A stretch of 64,000 nucleotides of DNA, from contig OZ287751.1 of assembly GCA_965649765.1 (NCBI GenBank), positions 66,960,001 to 67,024,000 on the forward strand. Direction: 5' to 3'. Each line of letters opens with the position of its first letter. Positions within the stretch are counted from its first letter, which is position 1. Both the position numbers and the translations under genes were made by a program. The notes under the pieces were generated by a model. The model saw nothing but the letters and a program-made list of their open reading frames with translations. It did not search any database and was not told the DNA's origin. Below are positions 1-11,600 of this stretch, one piece after another. This DNA is from Bispira polyomma. Lineage: Eukaryota.

Positions 1-499
1 TGGCATCAAAGGTGTACAAAACCTAAAAAAAAAAGAAAATCTTCAATTCTGGAAGATTTGGAGAAATTTTTCACAACCGTAAAGTTGTACATCACCACTT
101 ATTGTTTTTTTATTACAAATGTATAATTTGTAAGATCTAGCATTAAAGATCACTTGTTTGTCTACACATGTACTGTTATATATTTTGGCAGTTGAGTTTT
201 TTCTGTAATCTTAGATCCCATATAAAATTTTATATACTTTTTTCATTTCAGCAGGGATCCTGTTAAGCTGTGTAGTAATGTTTTGATTTTTATATACATC
301 TACAAGTGCTTTGACAGGTATTGTGGAGAGAGGCGTGGGTCTAATGTATACACACTTTACAGTTTACCTCACCTCCAGACCTTTACATCACACTGGTACA
401 ACATTAGTCATGTCTCCTGTTGATAACAAGGATGCAAGTTTTATGTGGTAAATAAATGAGATTAGGAACAAACATGTACATACATATGCACAAATTGAA

Positions 500-718
500 G
501 TTGAATTTGAATTTAGGTGGGTTTTACATCGCTTTTAACAGCCTAAGTTATATTGGGAGGACCAGATTCAATGGTAAAGCACTGTTAACGGCTGACCTAC
601 AGCAAGTAGCTGACAAACTTGCCCACATGAATCAAGGAACGAACGGGATTTGAACCCACCTTGATGAGAGGCGAGTGATTGTTGAGCAGGCACTTGTAAC
701 CACTAGGCCACGGCGGCC
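500..718 (-). mobile_element. tRNA-derived SINE, family A
   Basis: Minus strand has A box TGGCCTAGTGG, B box GGTTCAAATCC and (AAATTC)n tail; homologous copies at 20733, 21293, 37173. Confidence 0.85.
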
Positions 719-1298
719 ACTACATATGTACAAGAAACTTAAAGACCCATATCTAATGTAACCAATGGCCACTGAAATGAAGATTCGAAAGTCGACCACC
801 AGTTTCAGATTTGTAAATATTTATGGAGGTCTATAGACTAAACATCATAATGTCCTCATGGAAGGATCTTGCACAAGATCTAACCTACCACTGTGTGACT
901 GGGGTATTATTAGGAAACACAAGAAACGGTCGCATGATATTGGCGACCAATTTGCCAACCACCACCACTCTGCTACATGCAAATGTAGGGTAGTAAAGGT
1001 AGTATAGTGAAGAGAGGTGAAAGGACATGCAGGATTATGTACAAGTATTCTAGGAGAGTATATACAAACAGGTTACTACAGGATGTCTATATAGAACAAA
1101 TATCTACTACACAATATTTACAATAATATGAGAAACACAATCGAGAAAAAGGCTCCATTTTCCAAAATTGTGAGGGATAATAACTGAAAATACCTGTGTA
1201 GAATGCTTTTTTTTGCCGTTTAAAAAAATAAATAAATGTAAATTCTGCAAAATCTGGCATGCTGTATCCATAAATATATCCAGCATTATCCACACTAT

Positions 1299-1514
1299 GT
1301 GAGCGTTTCCATGCAGGCAACTTTTTAAGGCGATGGCCGACGGCGATTCTATCAGTTTCATTGATTTAAAACCAAGTGTTTCCATGTGAGATATTCAGGT
1401 TTAAATACAGGTATCTATTTTTCTCAAATAATTGTATAGAAACATAATAATTGAAAATTGCCTGTTAAACGTCGGCTGGTCGCCTCAGAAAGTTGCCTGC
1501 ATGGAAACGCTCAC
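1299..1514. mobile_element. MITE (PIF/Harbinger-like), internally deleted copy
   Basis: 26-bp TIR gtgagcgtttccatgcaggcaacttt; 3-bp flanking repeat tat/tat; longer copy at 36691-37133. Confidence 0.85.
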
Positions 1515-1985
1515 TATGTTTGGATATATTAAAGCCTCTTCTATAGAGTGTAGTTAGTGCTACATATATATAGGTATATTTACAGAACACCATGCATAAC
1601 ACCATACACTCCTTCCACCAAAAGAGTCTACATGTACATAGTGTACAGTACATACAGCCTCACTACAGGAATACCAACGGTGACACATTAGCAGTAATCT
1701 AATCTGACAATCTTTTATTAACCCCCCCATACCCTGCTCTTTCTATTTAATGTTCATTAACCACAATTAGAGTAAATCAAGAGCCATAATCTTATCAACT
1801 GGTAGGTTGCATGTCAACATTATCAGAAAATTAAATGAAAAATCTAAGAAAAATAACTACCTTCATCATAGTTTTTAAAAGTTAGAATCAATTATACTTC
1901 GTCAAGTGAAACAGAGTTCACAACATGCCTCAAAGTATGTTATTACAATTATTTCCAGCCACAATACTGATAATGTGTCAAATTA

Positions 1986-2103
1986 GTCCCCCGTATTCGC
2001 AAACATTCTTAATAAGAATGCAATTGTCAGAATTTCTTAGGCTCAGCCGATCAGATTGTTTGAACCAAAAGTCTAAGAATAAGAATCTTTGTGAATATCA
2101 GCC
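1986..2103. mobile_element. Short degenerate MITE (gtattcgcaaa...tttgtgaatat termini)
   Basis: Imperfect TIRs resembling those of 23077-23303. Confidence 0.55.
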
Positions 2104-2451
2104 CAGAGATGGGTTAAATGTACATAAGGAATAAACCCATGGTGTTATGTATACACATGACTACAAATATATACATGAGACTACTACACAAACAGATATT
2201 ATTAGTATAGGACAACTCAGGGTGCAACATTAACATAGGCTGAATGGCCACACAACTTTCCTTATAGGGAAACCCAATTTACGCACTGGCCCGAAAATTG
2301 ATTGTTTTTACACGGTTAAGTAAAATTTTGGCCTGGGACAGTAAAAACCTAGCCTAAACTACCTCAGTGGTCCTATACTGATATTGCTCCATGGGAAACA
2401 GTTAATGTTGTTCCCTGTTATTTAACAAAGACTCAAAGCCTGCATGCTTGC

Positions 2452-2604
2452 CTTGTCGAGTTCCTCTGTACTCCCAGTGACCTTGACCTGACCTCTGTCC
2501 TGCTCCCCGAGGCCCTGCAGTGCAGTTGTACTTGCACTCAGGTCATCAATGATACGGCTCAGGCTGGCAATGTCAAGGTCATCCGTGGGAGTAATGCTCC
2601 CATC
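2452..2604 (-). CDS. MTSS1: MTSS1 coding exon 13 (153 nt): DGSITPTDDLDIASLSRIIDDLSASTTALQGLGEQDRGQVKVTGSTEELDK
   Basis: acaccccag|GAT phase 0 fits exon 12; ends at probable GC donor AAG|gcaagc or reads on to TAA at 2422. Confidence 0.72.
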
Positions 2605-5600
2605 CTGGGGTGTTTGTATATACAATACTGGGGTACAGTCAGGGGTTTAGACAACAACAACAAAAACAGGGGCAAATGCTCAAATAAACACACACACTAT
2701 AGTTACTAGTTAGCTTCAAGTTCCTTAGGGGTTGGGGTAAGCTAGCAGAACCTTTAACTGGCCTTTACCTAGACACAACGTCTCGGAGCCAGGTTACGGT
2801 TGGGGAGTTTAAGTTAAGCAAAAATCATTCAAGGTTTGTGTCCATTTATGTCATTAGCTGAGTTAAATCTAAGAATCTCATTGGCTCTCAGTTTCAAAAT
2901 GAATACATTTTATAGCTCCTTAAATTAATTTGAAACCTTTATAAATTGGGGCACCAGTTAAATGCATGGCTCAAATTAGTTAGATCTCTTGAATTTTGTA
3001 TTAAAGTGCAACACTTTAGGGAATTAGGACTCTTAACTCATTCCTTTGTTGAATACTGGCCCTAAATGGTGTGAATCTATTGAGTAAGCACTAAATGGAA
3101 CAATGTTTTCAGCATGTTATCATCCAGGTAGCTCAATCTACCTAAATGGTTTAAGTTTTATTGCTATGGAATTTCTAGGTGAGGTTGGATTTTATATTGA
3201 ACCGTCTGAACATTGTAAAAGTCTTAACACATTCCATGAATTGCTCACTTACTCTATCCTTTCTTTGTCTATTAACATGTTTTTTTTACCTAAATTGAGC
3301 AATGAAAATCTCCTATGTTACATTAATGAAAGATGTCTATAGTTATAAAAACAGATGCAATTTCATTCAGTTTTGACACCTTTGATGAATTAATCAGACT
3401 ATCTAACATCTTTGTGAACTCCCAGCAATCCCTGCCTAATTACTATAAATATTTATTCATCTCAATTCACATAGACATGTGCTGGGTACATTTCCTATAT
3501 GCATGCAACTGGGTAGTGTTTTTACAGTAAGAGGTTTTTCCATGTAAATATGGCTATATCTACATCAATTTAGACAAGGGGAGGGATGGTATAGTGGGTA
3601 CTTTAAAAACCTTTAATTTACATCCTGGGGATGTTTATTTGAGCATAAGCTTTTGAAAAAAAAAACATATACCACTAATGACACTAACAACACAACATCT
3701 AGGGCAGACTAAGTTACACTGTCAATGAACCAACCCCATAATGAGCAGTGCAGGGTCTGTATTTTACTGTGCTTTGATTATTTTGGGGGAAGAGAGGAAG
3801 TAGGTTTATATGGTTTTTGTCTGATGAGTCATTCTAGAAGCTACAGTGGCTACATTGTCGACAGATTTTAAGCTCAACTCAGACTTAAAGCTTAAATCTG
3901 AAGCCCTGTCTTGAGTAAAGATACTTCAAATCTGACTGGATATTTGAATTCAGCGCTGAAAGCTCAATTAAAATGAATGGTCACAAGTACAGGTTTCTTC
4001 CATGCACAAAAGGGAGTCTGAGTTTCTGTGGAGAATGCAAGGCCATTATACACAGCAGTTATATGTTCTACAAAAGTGCAGAAGACAGATTCAAAATCCT
4101 GCCTATTATTTCTGAGGACTGAAAGTTTTATACTAGAGTTTGTGGCTTGAAACATATATCTTTCGGCAATTATCTGTAAAATATGAAAGGTCTATATATT
4201 TAGCACAGGCTCAAGTCAGAAAAAGCATTGCTATAAAATTTACTTAATTTGGCCCCAGACTTGAGACGCTACATCAACAGTGTGGATTTAATGGTATCTT
4301 TCAAATCCTACTGATCCAGTTACAATCATTGATTTCTTGTTAACCCCTGTTAGGTTTTTCAAGTGCAAAGTTGTCAAACCTTTTTAAAAGTAAAATATCT
4401 GGAGCTATGCTCCTGGGTCTAGCTTTTGTCCTCTTTGGGCATCTTTTATAAGGTTTTACTGTATGCACAGGGGCCATTAATGTCAAGAGTTCTGTTAACA
4501 CTAGTCAAAACATAGGGGACCTAGGGATCCTGAACTGTTTGTCTATAGAATGACTGGGTAAACAGTGAGAAACTGGTAACTCTGCTCTTCATGTAACTGT
4601 GTGTAGCTTTGTTAAAGGCTCATGTTTGTTCCAAAGTCTCATTTGTTTTTAAAACGAATTTAAAATATTCTAATATTTAATTTCATTACGTGGCCAAGAA
4701 AGAAGCTGTTACACTTACAACTACATAATTTGTATTACCTGTATTGAAATTTATACTCGTTTATCTACCTTTACCTGGTTTTTAATTAACCCTTTTCTCG
4801 ACTGCCAACAGCCAACCAGAGCATCAGTAACTATCATTCCACTAACAGTAATTAGCTGGAGTCAAACTGGGGACCTTTGTATTACCAGAAAAACTCTTTA
4901 AACTAGGGAGTTGAACCAGGAACCTTCTGACCACCAGAACAACTCCCTATCCACTAGACCACAGGATACAAATGCTAAATAATGATAAGTTTAAATACAT
5001 CCATATTTTTAACAAGTTCCAACATTGAGAAGGTAAATACATGTACATACTTATTTTTGAATAAGTTCAAAATTGAATTTGGCTTTCTGCCAAAAAAACA
5101 TGAGCCTTAAATAAGTTTAGACTGTGTTATATTAAACATTCTTTGATTACAGAAAGCAGCTTCACATGTTTGTTCCATCAACTACTGCAAAAAATACAGT
5201 AGGAAGACATGGGGCTCTCAAAAAAATCCATTCCAATGACAATATATAGGAATATTGACTCAAACATATAAGTATAGAGACAGAGAGAGGTAAAAAATAC
5301 TGCCAAACCACAATAACTAGATGTGAGATATATATATAAGTGTGCAGAAAGTTCAAAATACCACATGTAACTCTTTAAATGCTCCTCTATACCAACGAAC
5401 AAACGCCTTTCTGACTGAGAACATAATAAGGACAGCAAGCCCTCATTTCCATGTATCCGACTGCCGACGACCTGCAGCAGATGACCTAACACCAATTCTG
5501 TCACATCTTTTTATTTTATCTTCATGTGTTTCCATATAACAGACGCAGACCGATACTGGCCAATTTTGTAGTGATAGGAGTGAACAAAAACGGTTGCATC

Positions 5601-8600
5601 AAATGAATATAAATTTTGCAGGAGTTTCCAAATGTTGATGATCTAGGTGTTTTTATATAACAAAATATAGGACCCTAAAAAATCTGAATCCTGTTTCATG
5701 GAAGATATTCAAGATACACATAAATTAACATTGCAATATGAAATCTTCAGATGTGTGAGGACTACTGAAGTTATGATGTACAGCAAAGATGTTATCGTTG
5801 TCAGCAGTTTTATCATTTGAAGATTTATTGTTTCAATACTTAGCTATATAGAAACACTAAAATCGGCCAATGGGAATTGGGTGCCAGCCCTCGGCTACAT
5901 GGAAATATAGGCTAAATTTTAGTTGCGTTGACTTTTAGCAGGTAAAATAATTTGGCAAAAACTACTGAACAACAAATGAAAAACTTCAAACAAAAGTTTT
6001 TTTAAATTCAAGCAAATGTGTCAATTCCTGAGCATTCAAGGGTTAAATGTGGCAACACAAATAAACTGAACTTTTAACATTCAAAACAAAGAGTAAAACT
6101 AAGCTTCTAAAATAAAGGACTAACAAAAGTTTACATGCAGATTCGCATTTCATTTCACAAATTCAAAAAGTATAGACTTTTTGTTTTGCAAAATGAAAAT
6201 ATTCAGACAATGCAAATTTATGTCTCAAAATTCTCTTTTTATACTGTCTAAAAATACTAAACAAACAAATAAAATAATATAAAATGAACACACAAATACA
6301 CAAAAGAATAAAAAAAAGTATACTACGAAACAACAAAGTTATACATATATATCAAAATACAAGTCTGTGCACAGTTTGTACATACTAATATATTTGTGCT
6401 GTATGATATAATGCTTGCTATCTATTATGGTCTAAACTAAAAAAACACACCCACAGATAACACTGTTTGGCTCTATTGTTTTTCACCACATCCCCCTACT
6501 GTGTACTGTAAAATAACTGACTGTCTGTTTTTGTACTGTGTAAATGATGGAGGAAATCAAAGTGGCAGACAGATAATTTTCCACTTATCATTTATTACCT
6601 AGTTCTAAAACATCCAACACTTTGCCAAGTAAACTGTAAAACAATTTCCAACTGGAGCAATCAGTGGGCATATATGACCTGAATGTGAGCTTTTTAAGAG
6701 TTTCAAGTTACCAACACACATGTCGGTCATAAATTGTCCTCTGAGACAAAGTGTGTTGTGCTGGCAAAAACATGTATCTGAACAAGCTACATGGTATCAG
6801 GGAAAATAGATATTCAAGTTAAAATGTACAAGAAATGTTTTTCATTTCTGGACAAATAACAGGTCATACGTGTGTTCAAATACCAGATATATTACATAAA
6901 ATCTTTCACAATAACAAAATAGCACCAGAGATTTTGAAAAATGCTGCAAAAGGGGAGGGATGACCTTCCAAATAATTTCAAGGTCAAACAAAGGTCAGAC
7001 CTACTAAAGTGATGTCAAGGCTCTATGTATGTATATGTATGTATACCACAAGATGAATTTCCTATCACTGGTGTTTCTAGGGAGTGGCCTAAAAGTCATT
7101 GTCATACCCCAACCAGCGACCCACAAAACACGAGCAAAATAGCCCAAAGGGTCAAATGTACTTGTATATGCAACAAAGCAAAGTGACCATCCAGTTAGTC
7201 CACCGATATAGGAATCTCACCTATTTCTCAACAAAGTATTGTGACAGAATAAATTGGTATCATGATTTAAATAGATTAAAAATATGATATAGATACACAG
7301 GGGCCAAGTCCAACAATGGCATGGTTTGAAAATTTAAACCATTCCATGGAATTTTGCTGCCATGATTTTATCAGCATTGCAATTGCAAAAAAACTGGATA
7401 TAGATATCCACTTCAGTCAAACCAGCTGCACAATTAGGATTCATATTAATATTTAACTTCACTTTACAAAAACAACATTTTAAAATAATTTAGATGGTTT
7501 GAGAAATAAATTATGGAAATATTTCAGTTTTTGGCAGCCTGAAATAGGATGTGGTAATAGGATGTAGTAAAAAAATTCTTATGCCTAAAAAACCATGTTT
7601 CATGTTAAAAATCAAAAAGTATGGTATATGTTTTAAGCATACTGCCAGCGTTGAGCTAATAAATCTGCAGAGTATAAAACTTGAACCAAGTGCCCAGTGG
7701 AGTTTACATTGGCTATCTATCAATAAAGCAGATTCTGATCATTCTATTGCTCCTAGAGTCAGCAGACTTCTAACACCACAACCCGGTAGGTCTTGTCTCT
7801 CAATTACTAGGCAACCAATCAACTGTAGGTCCTCATTCATTCCAAAAAAACTTCTGTCATTTATTGTTTTCTTTCTATTTACTTACTTAACAGCTTAGTG
7901 GCAAAGATCACATACATCTTAAAAGTATAAGGGATTTCACAATTAACTTACTTGAAATAGGGTCAGGTGATAATCTATTTCAGGTGATAATATGTAAACT
8001 TGTGAGGCTTTGCCATTGCGATTTAAATACGTTTTATCTTTGTGTAATTAAAAGCAGATAAGAGTGCCCGAGTTGATAAGTCTGGATGCATTTTCTCCAA
8101 ATATTTTAAATCTTGTGTTTAGAAGATATTGAGAAATATATCAGTATTGTGTTAAGTTCAAGGAAAGATTCCACAAAAACTTTAAAATTTCTAGTCAAGT
8201 CTTAAAGTTTTTTTTAAATAAACAGTGACAATAGAAACCCAGAGATTCAATAATTCTATAGTATTTACCTTTTTAAAGAATATTAACTTGCTTTGTTTAT
8301 GGCATCCTTTCATTGTATTTAATAAAATAACAACCAACTCAACTATTTGGTCCATATGTTTGATTGGTCCAATATTTTGGTATAAAACAACCTGGAAATG
8401 CCTTAGTTTCTATTCAGTTTCCTGTAACTTCTGTTTTATGTGTTTTGGGAGACCGTGACAGAGCCGGGTGAAGCAGTTTTTTTTTTTTTTTCAAGAATGG
8501 TGCCAAATGCCAAAATCAATTCAAAGCAAGCTATACCAATGATAAACCCATGTATTAAATTTGTTTATGATAGCTGTAATACTTTTCCTTAACATGAGCG

Positions 8601-11600
8601 CAAACCAAATTCGGACGCCAGACGGCATAGCACAAAAATAATAGTACCCCCAATGTAGGTGATGTGTTTCCAGGTATAGAGCTATCATTAGTCTGTTTAT
8701 CACCTCTCACCCTCTAGCTGTCCCTTACCTGTGATGGCACCGAGTGCACAGTTTGTATCACTACTTCACTCATCTATAGAGTTACCATAAGGCTGTCTAT
8801 TACCTCACACCCTCTATCTGTCCCTTACCTGTGATGGCACTGAGTGCACACTTTGTACCAATGCTCCACTCGTCTCTCCGGCGTAGTGCGCCGTGGGTGT
8901 GGTCACTTCCTCTTCCTCGTCCTCCTCGGGGATGTCCTCATGGCGACCTTGACATTTTTCCATTTCTACCGCCATCTTGGCAAGGTCATCTTGGTTCACG
9001 TACACAGGGTGCTGGACAACTACAATAAACGAGAGAAAACAAAAGTACAGATATTAACTTTGGGGAACATTGGTATGTACTTCACACCAGCCTTCAGCAA
9101 CTTGCCAAGTATTTACTGTAAATTTTCCCATATGCATACTGATCCCTAAATTTGAACCCACAACTGCAGAGGTGGGAGGCAAGTGTTAACACTAAACTAC
9201 CAAGACCGAAGTAAATGAAAGAAGCCTAATATACACAGTACATTCTGCAATAATTTGCCAATCATTTTGGACAACGTTTTGCCCAGTTATTATAGAGCAT
9301 TAAGGAACAACATCATTGTCTATCTAATACAGGGAAATACAGTTTTGTATGAGGATTGCTCAAAGAAAAATAATAATATATCATACTATGTTGATTGTCT
9401 CACTGCCTTATAACAACTTCATAAAATAATCTTTTATAACCTCAAAGGCTGTTTCTATATATGCTGCATCCAGCATCTGGTAAACCGCTGTGATAAGTCT
9501 GCTATAACTATGTAACAACTGTTTTGTTATAACCATGGTACCACTCCAAATATAGAAATCAGTACCTTTTGTAATTATTGCATAGTTGAACGTGAATTTT
9601 CAATATTTTAGACCTTTTTTTAGACTGTTATATTTTGAACTACACTGTGTATAAATTAATATAATATTTTATATTTTACACTATATAAATTACAACATTT
9701 AAATGATATTTTAAGTGAATAATGAAAGTAAAGCAACCCTCGTGCTGCATATTTAAAAATTTGACCACTCAAGAAGACCAAGCATACCATCCTCGTCTTA
9801 CAGACTCGGATATTATTGCTTTGTCTTTTCTCGTGGTAAAATTTTACTATATGCGTCACTCGGGTAATTTAACGATTTTATTTTGTGTTGTGATAGAGTA
9901 ATCAGTTAATGGTTGATTTACTGATTTACATTAATTATAAAATTATTATTCGATGAGCCTCCTATGCTCTGAAAACAAATCATCTCCAAATTGACCCGTG
10001 CTGTTTCAAAGTCTGTCAAAAACGGCAAAGAACGCAAAGATCGCTAACGAAATGGAAAGTCTGGTAAACCCTCCAAAACGGTGCCTATGTTGAATAAAAC
10101 TGTAGACAGTAAAGTTCCTCAGCTATAATACATGCTGCCCAATGAAAAAATGGACAGTCTTCTTCTCTTTAAACTTTCCAGCAGTAGATCGAGCTAGGTG
10201 TTGACACAACGGCGACCAAATTAATTGTGAGGGGTATCTCGAGGACGAGAGTTAAAGGGACTTCCGGCGCATGCGCAGTGAGGTTGGTGAGAATAATTTA
10301 AGTCAAATCACAAGAATTGTCTTTTAAAAAAAAGACTTTAAGTGATTTTTTGGTCGAACATATTTGGGTGTACTAAATTAAAGCATTAGTGAGGATAAGG
10401 TAAGGTGTATTTATCGCAATAAAAAAAAGCAATTTATTTAAACAGAACAATTTTTTAAATAATTCTAGCTTGTTAATTGATGGTTCATTTCCTATCAAAA
10501 AACAAAAAGCTATTGGACATATGATACTTTGATTACATTATAAGAGCAAGTTAATTTATTTGAACAAAACATTTTTCAAAATAATTCTAGTTTGTTCTTG
10601 GTGGTTCATTTCCTATCATAAAACAAAAAAGTTACTGCACATATGATACTTATATTGGTCTCCCAGAAAAATTTCCAGTCAATTTGGTTATTTGTGAAAA
10701 TGAAACTCGAGATAATGGCACAATTCTATGAATTAGTTTGAAAGTTCCTGTTCTATTACAAATTGACTATGACATCATTTTATTCTTTGCTATTAAATCG
10801 GCACATTTTGTTTAGCGTTACAGTCAGTGGGACCTACTAGAATTACATATATGTTAACCACACAAAGAAAACATCTGCACCATGTACCAAGCTTATCTTA
10901 CGCCTATAATAAAGTCATCAGAAACTTGTTAAATTGTCCCCAACATTGTGTGCCCTTTATCATGAACTCTCTTTTAAAGCCGGGCTCTCACACACAAGCA
11001 TCAGAGCGATGGAATAGTACAAATTGAGACTCATAGTGAACCTTGGAATATTCAAACCTTGAATATCCTTAGAAACCATATATTTTGGATGGATTAGCTG
11101 TACATTTAACGTGTTCATGCAGCAATCATGCAACAGTCGTGAAGGTACATGTATTTGTATCTATTCTTCTTTGTCACTTTCCGTTGGGAATCGTATACAT
11201 TTGTACCTTTCTGCAGACCGATTGGGGGCTATACATAAACTTTTTGTCTCCCAATCGCAAAGCATCCAAGGTTATCAAGAATTTCTGGATCATCATTAAC
11301 CTCAGTTTCTTGGACTTAATATTCTTTCTGTAGTGAAACTCTAAACAACATAGACTTCAAACTGAATTGTAGTAGATGACAAAATTTCAACATTTATCAA
11401 ATACAGAAGACCTCACATTTAAGCCAGACATTGAGTTCAGTCGGAACTTATTAAAAATAATTTAAACACAGTTTCAGTGTGTGTGACTGTGTACAAATTG
11501 ATACATAAAAGCTAATTAATAATTATACCTATTTTTATTTTGCTACCTTTGTCAAGAAAGCTTTTTTTAATAATAAACAAAGGGAAAACAATAACAAAGA

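Noticed and set aside
300-430. Possible next MTSS1 exon (caacag|GAGACA...GAG|gtgagg)
   Set aside because: Stops in all three frames
640-718. tRNA gene suggested by A and B boxes (also near 23770-23859 and 37320-37379)
   Set aside because: These are SINE heads attached to repeat bodies and tails; no cloverleaf is evident
5178-5504. 108-aa minus-strand ORF with acceptor-like ctgcag|GTCGTC, as a possible alternative last exon
   Set aside because: No recognisable homology, weak pyrimidine tract, and the distal half has non-coding composition; cannot be supported without RNA data
3500-8600. 3'-UTR-like composition suggesting a long alternative UTR after exon 12
   Set aside because: Composition alone does not distinguish it from intron; poly(A) signals are abundant by chance
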